Positions 55,354 to 64,000 of a stretch of DNA of 64,000 bases are shown here, in pieces. A model generated the notes under the pieces. That model was not told where the DNA came from. It worked only from the letters and a program-made list of their open reading frames with translations, and made no database searches. Source of the stretch: Wickerhamiella versatilis (Eukaryota); assembly GCA_030867685.1 (NCBI GenBank), contig JAQOWU010000007.1, positions 62,001-126,000 of the forward strand, in the 5' to 3' direction. Position numbers and translations under genes: made by a program. The stretch's first letter is position 1. Each line of letters starts with the position of its first letter.

Positions 55354-56919
55354 TTAAACTTTTTCATCGTAAATAAGACTTTTTCTGGATACGATCTTGT
55401 CGAGCGCTTCCTCTAGCATATTCCAAGGAATCACTTTGATTTCCCTCACTATATTTCGGGGTCGAGGTGGAGGAAAATTCATGATTAAACTGAAAAAGTC
55501 ACCATGATCAGGATTTTGTCTTGATATTGTCACAGGATTGAAAATATCTAAATTCCTTCTTGTGCGATTTTTCTCTTCAATATCAAGTTTGCGATTGAGA
55601 ATGAATTCAAGAAAGTTTATGTAGTCTGTAGTCGTGAAATAGAAACACTGCTTTGATCGATAAAAAATACAGGATATTGTGGCCATTCCTGGAGCCCATT
55701 CTTCAATTTGAATAGGTCTGAATCTTAGTATTATTTCAAAATCATGTTGCTCACGGGTAAACCAGAGAATTCTGCGACCCTCTAGAAACTCTTTGGTGGT
55801 CCACCACTGAACTACCGAGGCCAAGTCTCCCTCTAAATGTAAATACACCGCTTTTTCGTCGTATAAAGGTGATCTGTAGACGAGACAATACCTGGATACA
55901 ATCTTTCTGAGAGCTTCCTCTAGCATATTCCAAGGAATCACCTTAATTTCCCTCATTATATTCCGTGGTCGAGGCGGACGAAAACCCATGATTAGTCTAA
56001 AAAAATCACCGTGATCAAGATTGTGTTCCGAAATTGTCATAGGCTTGAATACTTGTAAGTTCCTTCTTATCCGGTTCTTCTCTTCAATGTTTAGTTTGCG
56101 ATCGAAAATAAATTCAAGAAGACCGATACAGTCTGTTGTTGTGACGTAATATCTTTGACTCAATCGATCAAAAATGCAGGAGACTGCAACCATATCTGGA
56201 GCCCACTCTTCTGGTTGAATAAATTTAAACCGCAACAGCACCCTTAAAGAATTTCGTTCACGGGTGAAACAAAGAATTCTGCGACTTTCAAAGATCTCAT
56301 TTGCTGTCCACAAATATGTAGCCCAACTCAAATTCCCTTCCACATGTAGATGAATCGGTTTACATAGTTTATTATGAAGAGAATTGCCCAGATATTGACG
56401 CTCTGTTAGAATAGCATCCGTAAGTTGCGCAAATCTTGGACTTCTTCGGCACACGCATAGTATGGATTTACTGTAGGCTCGATGATAACTTCCACTAGCT
56501 ATTTGGGAAGAGGTTGGAGTGGTGGATTCCATTATGGAATTTACTGGAACCTGTGAACTGAGATCCTGACGAGGGTTATTTCGTATCATTGGATTCACTT
56601 CTGAATGGAAATCATCTTGACCTAAAGTCAAAGAGCCTGCCGTATTTCCTATTCCAATATCGGGCAAATGGCTAACATCTGGCTCTTGGTTCACATAAGG
56701 CTGATTTTGCAGGAATGAATTGGGAGGTATGCTTGTTGGCACGTCATCAGACAGGTAGCAAGAAGCTAATTCCACCAGAGTTTCCTTCAATTCTGCTACT
56801 CGATCAGTATGCCACTGAGGATACTGTGGTTGACCCATGCTCTTTACTGGCTTGTGCTGAGGAGAAAATGTAAGGGGAGACGTGCAGCGCGGGGGTTGTC
56901 TAACTTCTTCATCTGCCAT
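55354..56919 (-). CDS. Protein with two tandem Medusa(MedA)-type / DUF7082 domains
   Basis: The block SCIF...YxTTTD..LLEFI..EEKNR.RRNL..F.P.TIS...FF.LIM.F.PPRPRNI.REIKVIPW occurs twice, with a DNA period of 507 bp. Confidence 0.8.
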   Translation of the reverse strand: MADEEVRQPPRCTSPLTFSPQHKPVKSMGQPQYPQWHTDRVAELKETLVELASCYLSDDVPTSIPPNSFLQNQPYVNQEPDVSHLPDIGIGNTAGSLTLGQDDFHSEVNPMIRNNPRQDLSSQVPVNSIMESTTPTSSQIASGSYHRAYSKSILCVCRRSPRFAQLTDAILTERQYLGNSLHNKLCKPIHLHVEGNLSWATYLWTANEIFESRRILCFTRERNSLRVLLRFKFIQPEEWAPDMVAVSCIFDRLSQRYYVTTTDCIGLLEFIFDRKLNIEEKNRIRRNLQVFKPMTISEHNLDHGDFFRLIMGFRPPRPRNIMREIKVIPWNMLEEALRKIVSRYCLVYRSPLYDEKAVYLHLEGDLASVVQWWTTKEFLEGRRILWFTREQHDFEIILRFRPIQIEEWAPGMATISCIFYRSKQCFYFTTTDYINFLEFILNRKLDIEEKNRTRRNLDIFNPVTISRQNPDHGDFFSLIMNFPPPRPRNIVREIKVIPWNMLEEALDKIVSRKSLIYDEKV

Positions 56920-58464
56920 TTTTGAGAAGCCAAGCAAATACTTCTATCAAGTATTTTGAAGTATGTATGTTGGAAATACGACCTTAAGTGACGCGGTCTG
57001 GCATCCGGATATACCCTAATCGCACGTGGTCACATATTTTCCCTTAAGTATGATTGGTGCAAGATAATAACTTCAAACACTTCTTCTCCACAATTTTCAT
57101 AGAAAATTCTGTATTATATTCTGTTCATAGTTCTTAGTCGCGTTTCAGGGCGATAATCCCTTATCGTTCCCAATTGTATATGCATGCTCGGGATTAGACA
57201 CGGATTAGGGTACAGTATGGAAGCACCCTAGTACCTCTTGTCTCTACGCGGATATGTAACATAGAATATAAGGCTACCCGATACGGAATATTTGGAAAAG
57301 AAAAATCTATAAATAGACTTCATTATGCTGGAGTCATATGAAAGGTATACTTGTTTCCTCAACTCCACTACCGAGAGAAAATTTCATGGTTCTTGCAGCG
57401 TCTCATGGTAAGTATTCATCAGATTAACGTTATTTCTTTCTATTATCTTCTCTTTAGCCAATATAAGTAGATCTCTCGTTATCAAGTTTTTCGAGCAGTA
57501 TGAATTTATTCATAAAATCGCAACTGCAAGCTGCTCCTTTATCAACGCGCTGTCTGTATTACCTTAAAAAGTGGAGTAATCCACTGTATTTTCGGTCTTT
57601 AGATTACTGCTTTATCTTGAAGATCAGAAAAAAATAATATTATAGTCATGTTCACAGGCACTTACGGTGGCTAGAGGGTTGTACCTTATTTCTCCAAGGC
57701 AGAGAAACGTATATTTTCAGCTTACAAAACACATTCATGGAAAAGAGCTAGCTTCCGTCTGAGTCGACATTGTGTATTATTTGAGCTCTGGTCTAAATGG
57801 TGCTTGTGTCCATATCCACCCAGCTAAAGTCTGCACATGTAACATGGGTTGCATATGCACTTGCTCTAAAAGCTTGAGACACAACCCTGATATCCATGAT
57901 TCATTGACGCCCCTGCGCGCCCACTTTGAAAATGCCCCTGCTCACATACATAGGGTTCTGAGTGTTCAGTTGTTAGTACACGGCCATCGTAGAAAGGCAT
58001 GTACGGTTAATTAAACAGTAACGTTGTATTGTGCTATTGGAAATATGTGGAACTATTATTTCTGCAACCAATGCATCTAGAATTTTTGCACTGCATACAA
58101 ATCTCAGAACATAGAAAAGGGCAAGGGCAAATAGGTCCGGTCTTCGAAAAGATGACCGAACCTTGGTGGGTAGAGTGGTAGTACTACAGTGAGACGACTA
58201 ACATAGCGACTAATTAGGAAACTTTGAGTTGACGGATGTATAACGTGCTACAGAATATTCTGCATGCGTAGTCCAGTTGAAGTGAATCTTCCCAAGTAAT
58301 TTACAATTTCAAACATATAATTAGGGCCCAGCAAAACAAACAATTTGCTAGATTCTTTTTGGTTTCATTTCGATCGATTAGTTTACTCAGAGAGATGTAA
58401 ATGTTCAAAAAGTGTACCTCATCGCCTAGAAATTTTGTTGCTTCTATTGGTGGAGGAAGTCATC

Positions 58465-58640
58465 TTATAACTTCCGCATATGGCTTTTGACATGCGTATT
58501 TAAGGAAGTTTTCTGTACGAAGTTTCTAGGGCACATTTGACATACATGGGAATGACTATCAAGGTGAATGCATAGACGTTTTAAGAGGTCTGTCTTTTTT
58601 CCAAACTTTCTCTTGCACAGTTCAGAATAATAGAGTCCAT
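58465..58640 (-). pseudogene. C2H2 zinc-finger gene remnant
   Basis: One intact finger (CQMCPRNFVQKTSLNTHVKSH) follows a degenerate one. There is no ATG. Confidence 0.6.
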
Positions 58641-58739
58641 TAAGAGCAATTCGGGATATTTCGAGCTGCTGCACTTTGAGTTCCAAATTCCCAGTATATG
58701 ACAGGGACGAGAAATATGTTGTTTTTTTGAGCCAGTCTC

Positions 58740-58770
58740 ACTGGGCTATCTTGCATTGTCCAGTCAGTTT
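58740..58770 (+). repeat. Dispersed element, complete copy
   Basis: actgggctatcttgcattgtccagtcagttt. An inverted right-arm remnant lies at 59216-59231. Confidence 0.92.
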
Positions 58771-59273
58771 GCACTTCCAAAAATAGCAATATGCATTATG
58801 CTTACAATACTGCCGAGAGACATAACCACATACCTGCATCTGCACCCTACATTTCAACACATTAAGTAAGTCATATCGTACAGGATTCTTCTTTCCTATA
58901 ATTCACATCATTAAACCTTCTAAGGTATCTGATTTGAATATTTAAGAGGCTTTTTTTAACAATTCAGTGCAACAAGTTCTCGGCAGCTAATATATGAAGT
59001 ACCTTGAAATCCCCAGTAACCAGGACTTACTGTTTATTCAAGAAAACTTTCAAGTCAGCTTGCATTTTGTCCTTTGACTTATCAGAAATGTACTTCTAAA
59101 TACACATATGCGTGGAAGCCTGGGTCAGGGCACCCATGTCTGCTACATGGCTTTGAACATCTAAATTATCTCTCGGACCCTCCTTGAACTACTATCACAT
59201 ATGTATCACACTCTCAGACTGATTGGACGATTCAATTTTAGGGCATATTATAATTGAGGCACAACCAAGAATC

Positions 59274-61622
59274 TTAGTCGTCATATTTATATTGGTACCC
59301 TGGGTGATCACTTGGTAAGTGATCGTGACCGAAAACCTGCCCCCTCGCGGTTGAAGTATTTGCATAATCATAATGAAATAATCCTCGTTGTTGAAGTTCA
59401 GGAATTAGCAGGTCCACAATATCTTCATATGTACCCGGTGATGTGATATGGGCAAAATTGAATCCGTCCAAATCTGACTCTAACGCCCAACGTTCAAGTC
59501 TGTCGGCTACTGTTTTTGGACTACCAATAAGCTTTCTACTAAATCCACCAAGAACCAGCTCCCTTGCTATGTCAGATTTGGTCCACTTCCGAGAATTGTT
59601 GATATCGAGCAAGGTTGACTGAATAGCGGGTGGTCCTTCAAAGCGAAAATCGTCATTATCACCATACTGTGATAAATCGTAGCCTGTCCAGCCGCCAAAT
59701 AGTGTCAAGGCACCTTCGATATCTGCATAGCTTAGATACTCCTCATATTTCTCTCTGGCTTTTGCATCCGTTTCTGCTAAAGTTACTACAACGCTGGCCA
59801 CAATTTTGATTTGATAGGCCCCACGACCTTGCTCCACAGCCTGCTTTCTGAGTGACGCTACCGTTTCAGCAGTTTTTTCGGGGTTAAATCCCCGAATGAA
59901 AATTAACTCACTGTGCTTGGTACCAAAAGAACTTCCCTTCCTTGAAGTTCCCGCCTGGAAAAGTAAAGGGGTACGCTGAGGTGATGGTTCATGTATATGT
60001 ACACCATCGACTTTGTAGTACTTAGATTCGTGATGAATAGGTTTTACTTTTTTCACATCAGCAAAAACTCCATGTTCTTTGTCACGAAGTATCGCATCGT
60101 CCTTCCAGCTAGATTCCCATAGTTTGTAGCATACTTCAAGAAACTCTTCCGCTTTGACATAACGTTCATCATGATCAATTTGAGTATGCAGCCCGAACAT
60201 ATATGCTGCACTGTCTAAAACTGATGTCACAATGTTCCACCCTATTCTTCCGTCGGTTAGATGGTCTAAAGTTGAAAATCTGCGAGCTACAGTATACGGA
60301 TGCTCATATGTGGTACTAGTAGTCACACCAAAAGCAAGATGTTTCGTAACACTGGCCATGGCTGAGATAGAAAGAGAAGGATCACCTACCGGAAATTGCG
60401 TACCTGTCGCTACAGCCGGATCGACATTTCCTGGCCCCCGATAAACATCACTAGGTCCTAAAGAATCAGCGATAAAAACAGCGTGGAATTTACCTCGTTC
60501 AAGTAGCCTTGCGAGCTTTATCCAATAGCTTGACTTGTTGTAGTCTGACGTCTCGCTTGACGGATCTCTCCACATACCTGGAGATAGATGGTTTGGTGTA
60601 CTCATAACGAAAGCATTCAAAATGAGATTTTTTTTCCGATGATTGCTTTTAGACTCATCTAGTCGTTCTGTGTCAGCTTGGCTTGTATAGCTTGAATTGG
60701 GTAAGTTCTGATCCAGGTGATTTCTTATGTCGATCGCATCTGAATCATACTCTGCTGATAGAGGATGGGGTTTAATGCTCTTGACAAGGTGAGGATTCGA
60801 TAAAAAGTATTCTCTAAAGGCAATAAGAGCATTTGGGTCGACAGCTAGAGCCTTTGATCCTGCTTCGGGAGACAAGTTCTCATCCCTAATGAGTACACCG
60901 CTCCAAACCTTACGCACAAAATCCCAATTACTAGCTCTTATGCCAGGTTTTACCAGGCGAATGTAAGCGATCCCTCTCCCCCTCTTCTGATTAAGCTCCT
61001 GCAAAGCTAAAAAGTAAGAATAGATTGGAATGGGGCCATATGAATATGATCTTTCCCAAGGGCTCAGGCTTACACCCACCTTAGAACGTCCAATACTTTT
61101 TGAGAGTGCATCAACGACTTCATTTAGTAGTCTCACTTTATTTTCGATGATGCTACCATAGGCATCTTTCCGATTGTTGCTGTCCTCAAAAAATAGATGA
61201 AGCAGAGTTTTGTCCTCCCCACCAATTTCTACACCGTCAAATCCTACCTCTATAGCAGTACTGGCTGCCTGAACATACCCTCGAACAATTTCGCCTATAT
61301 TCTTCGTGGAAATTTTTTTGATGCCTTGGTCGAAGGTGTATTCATCGCTTAGCCAAAGCTGTAAATATATAAATGACCTTAATTGGTGTACTTTTTCGAC
61401 GACATCCTTCCAATGATTAATTTCATCATTGTTTTTCGTCGCCCCGTCAACATTGGGGATGTTCAACCTTACAATCAGCAATGTTCCTGGTACCTCTACT
61501 CTCTGTGTATACCACTCCGCATTCAATTCATTAGGAACCACAATGTCGTTCTGAAGTGGCGGTACCACAATTCGATGTCGCAAGTCTATGTCACCAACTT
61601 CGATGGGCTCAAAGAGTGACAT
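59274..61622 (-). CDS. Fusion of a degenerate Old Yellow Enzyme domain with an NtaA/DszA/DmoA-family FMNH2-dependent monooxygenase
   Basis: N-terminal LFEPIEVGD..L.HRIV, GFDGVEI and RKDAYG..ENKVR. C-terminal LLERGKFHAVFIAD, ARRFSTLDHLTDGRIGWNIVT and PSPQRTPLLFQAGTS. Confidence 0.88.
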   Translation of the reverse strand: MSLFEPIEVGDIDLRHRIVVPPLQNDIVVPNELNAEWYTQRVEVPGTLLIVRLNIPNVDGATKNNDEINHWKDVVEKVHQLRSFIYLQLWLSDEYTFDQGIKKISTKNIGEIVRGYVQAASTAIEVGFDGVEIGGEDKTLLHLFFEDSNNRKDAYGSIIENKVRLLNEVVDALSKSIGRSKVGVSLSPWERSYSYGPIPIYSYFLALQELNQKRGRGIAYIRLVKPGIRASNWDFVRKVWSGVLIRDENLSPEAGSKALAVDPNALIAFREYFLSNPHLVKSIKPHPLSAEYDSDAIDIRNHLDQNLPNSSYTSQADTERLDESKSNHRKKNLILNAFVMSTPNHLSPGMWRDPSSETSDYNKSSYWIKLARLLERGKFHAVFIADSLGPSDVYRGPGNVDPAVATGTQFPVGDPSLSISAMASVTKHLAFGVTTSTTYEHPYTVARRFSTLDHLTDGRIGWNIVTSVLDSAAYMFGLHTQIDHDERYVKAEEFLEVCYKLWESSWKDDAILRDKEHGVFADVKKVKPIHHESKYYKVDGVHIHEPSPQRTPLLFQAGTSRKGSSFGTKHSELIFIRGFNPEKTAETVASLRKQAVEQGRGAYQIKIVASVVVTLAETDAKAREKYEEYLSYADIEGALTLFGGWTGYDLSQYGDNDDFRFEGPPAIQSTLLDINNSRKWTKSDIARELVLGGFSRKLIGSPKTVADRLERWALESDLDGFNFAHITSPGTYEDIVDLLIPELQQRGLFHYDYANTSTARGQVFGHDHLPSDHPGYQYKYDD

Positions 61623-62197
61623 TATTCAAACGATTCTATAGAGTGTGATACACTACTCTTTGAGGCTGGGCATTTCATTACGAATAAACGCGTTATCACA
61701 CGTGATGTAATAAGGAAGCATAATACAACCCCATGTTTCCTGGGTTATAGATGACCTAATGGTTACTTAAAGCTAAGCCACGACGAATGCGTTAACTATA
61801 GCAATTTCTAGAGATTCAAATTGATACCCTCGCACAACCGGTCTGTTACAGAACTACTTCATATGCACTTTTCAAGTCCGAAAATTTTGTATCAGGGAGT
61901 CCATTCCAAGAATAGTGAGTCTGTTTCACAATCAGTTACATATATAGACCCTGAAATTACCTCATTATTTTATATTAAAGGAAACTGAACTTATCTCATT
62001 ATGAGACTGCATATTCTTTCGGCACATCTTATTCTGATCGTCGTTTTGCTGATAGTAAGTCTTAAATAAAGATATGAGTTTCTGAATCAAATTCAAAGAA
62101 TATTAGATATATAATTGTCAAATTATGTGAATTAGCGTGATCTCACATGATACGCAGGGTTATCTTGCAGTTATCCGAACTTAATAATGTTATCTAA

Positions 62198-63928
62198 ATG
62201 ACTGGTGTGGCTAATACCCTTTTCGAGCCATTGGCAAGGCTTAAGTGGGGAATAATTCCCATTCGTCGCAAGGTGGATGATGATATCGAGGATACACAGG
62301 GAAGTTCCTACGATGAGAAGGAGGGAGGCGTTCCACAAGGAACAACTCTTGAATATCGCGACGAGGCGAAACGACCCTGGACTAAGCTATTTGACGAATA
62401 TGAATACAGAAAAAACATCTACGAACGTAAAGCGCACAAGTGGTATAAGTGGTTTGACGAGAATGATAAGCCTGCGGAGAGAAAGTTGATGTGGAAAATT
62501 GATATTATACTGACACTATACTCTATGGCAGCATATTTCTCGAAATATTTAGCTCAGCAGAATCTCACAAATGTGTATGTCCAAGACGACTTTAAACGGG
62601 ATATTGGTATGGGTGGGAATGACCTTGTTAACACGCAGGCTATATTCAATATTGGAAACATTGTTTTGCAGATACCCTTCGCCTATGCGCTGTATGCACT
62701 TCCTCTCACATATATACTCCCTGCTTTGGACATATCATGGGCAATACTTACAATAGGAGCATCTCAGATCTCCTCTGTAGGCCAATTGAAAGCACTGAGG
62801 TTTTTAATTGGTTGCTGTGAAGCTCCTAGCTACCTGGCGTACCAGTTTCTATTTGGCACGTGGATCTATGATCCAGCAATGATGACAAGACGTTCCTGTG
62901 TTTACTACACCGGACAGTATCTTGGAATTTTATGCTCCTCAGTTCTGTCAGGTTCAATCATACGTCATTTTGATGGTGTCAATGGTTACCATGCATGGCG
63001 TTGGGTATTCATCTGGGATGGTATCATTTCGATAATCATTGGTGTCATTGGTTTGTATATGATTCCCGGTACTCCCACAGACTGCTACTCCATATGGCTT
63101 ACGGACGATGAAATTCGCTTGGTGCGGAATCGTTTAAAGAAGAATCACACTGCTGGAAGGGATAAGACCAATAGTCTTAGATCATTTTTTTCGATAAAGC
63201 TGTGGAAAAATATATTGCTGTCGTGGGAATTTTATTTTTTGAGCTTCTGGAATGGTTTAGGATGGAATACTAACAATGGCTCTAGTGGTGCGTATGTGCT
63301 ATGGTTGAAATCTACCGGTTGGTACTCTGAAGCCAAAGTCCAAGACATGTCAGCCATCACTCCAGGCCTGGGAATTCTATGGCTTATACTAATTGCTTTA
63401 TGGGCAGATATGCTGGAACAGAGATTTGCTTCTATATTCGGGGCACAGGTAATAAACTTGGTGGGTAATATCATTCTAGCGGTTTGGAATGTTCCAGTCG
63501 GAGCTAAGTGGTTTGCATGGATGATTCAATATTTCTGCTGGGCAGAGAGTCCACCTTTTTTCTCGGCTTGTAATGACATATTACGACGCGATATGAGGAA
63601 GAGAGCAGTCGTCATGGTTTGGCTTAATATGTTTGGACAAGCTGCTTACACCTGGATGTCGGTGATTATGTGGAAAACCGTAGAAGAACCTCGCTATCTG
63701 CACGGATTTACTTGGACAGCTTGCTCTGCATTCTCATTTGCCATGCTGTGTCCAGTAGCTATGTTTCTATACAAGCGTCAGGAGAAGAAATTCGCCCTGC
63801 AAAATGGCATTGTTCTGTATAACTCCAAGTACGAAAGCTGTCCGAGTATTTCGTTGTCTCACGAGGATTCTGACTCAGGTAAAATAGAATGGAAAGCTCC
63901 CAAGGTTGCTGTATCCCCCGCGAATTAG
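62198..63928 (+). CDS. SEO1: Seo1-like MFS permease (allantoate/anion:cation symporter family)
   Basis: N-terminal LEYRDEAKRPW.KLFDEYEYR...KWYKWF; also WRWVFI.DG and WKTVEEPRY. Confidence 0.85.
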   Translation: MTGVANTLFEPLARLKWGIIPIRRKVDDDIEDTQGSSYDEKEGGVPQGTTLEYRDEAKRPWTKLFDEYEYRKNIYERKAHKWYKWFDENDKPAERKLMWKIDIILTLYSMAAYFSKYLAQQNLTNVYVQDDFKRDIGMGGNDLVNTQAIFNIGNIVLQIPFAYALYALPLTYILPALDISWAILTIGASQISSVGQLKALRFLIGCCEAPSYLAYQFLFGTWIYDPAMMTRRSCVYYTGQYLGILCSSVLSGSIIRHFDGVNGYHAWRWVFIWDGIISIIIGVIGLYMIPGTPTDCYSIWLTDDEIRLVRNRLKKNHTAGRDKTNSLRSFFSIKLWKNILLSWEFYFLSFWNGLGWNTNNGSSGAYVLWLKSTGWYSEAKVQDMSAITPGLGILWLILIALWADMLEQRFASIFGAQVINLVGNIILAVWNVPVGAKWFAWMIQYFCWAESPPFFSACNDILRRDMRKRAVVMVWLNMFGQAAYTWMSVIMWKTVEEPRYLHGFTWTACSAFSFAMLCPVAMFLYKRQEKKFALQNGIVLYNSKYESCPSISLSHEDSDSGKIEWKAPKVAVSPAN

Positions 63929-64000
63929 ATCACTTTTATAGTATTGTGTTTAAAATAGATATCACCTGACATAATTGGTATAAGCTTTTCAATTGCTGTA

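Noticed and set aside
57772-58014. Cys/His-rich 80-aa ORF
   Set aside because: It has a non-ATG start and no recognisable domain on either strand.
1191-58770. The 31-bp element as a CRISPR repeat or a tRNA/5S fragment
   Set aside because: Copies are kilobases apart, in both orientations, with no regular spacers. The context is eukaryotic, and I recognise no tRNA or 5S rRNA sequence.
1-64000. A recombinase, integrase or transposase gene
   Set aside because: No ORF shows tyrosine-recombinase (R-H-x-x-R-Y), serine-recombinase, DDE or reverse-transcriptase motifs. Any enzyme must be encoded elsewhere.

Overview
This is intron-poor fungal (budding-yeast-like) DNA. At the left edge is the 5' part of a housekeeping KRE2/KTR-family mannosyltransferase that the ORF track missed. 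From about 1 kb onward the window reads as an accessory gene island of about 27 mostly unrelated genes. These include MFS and siderophore transporters, secreted hydrolases (GH51, GH5, three Say1-like esterases), a lamA/lamB-type cluster with a Zn2Cys6 regulator, and several bacterial-looking enzymes (UbiD/HudA-like decarboxylase, nitroreductase, 4-OT tautomerase, NmrA-like, DUF427). There is also an OYE-NtaA fusion and at least four broken genes. The most striking signal is non-coding: a ~31-bp imperfect palindrome (consensus AGTGGGCTATCTTGCATTGTCCAACCAGTCT; arms TGGRCWAT around an asymmetric CTTGC core). It recurs about a dozen times nearly intact and many more times as half-sites, almost always between genes and often right at gene ends. 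Some genes are bracketed by direct copies, some by inverted copies, and one gene sits between the two halves of a split site. This pattern suggests a eukaryotic gene-cassette or site-specific recombination system (integron- or pdif-like). That is an inference, and no recombinase is visible in the window. All family calls come from motif recognition by eye, not from database searches.
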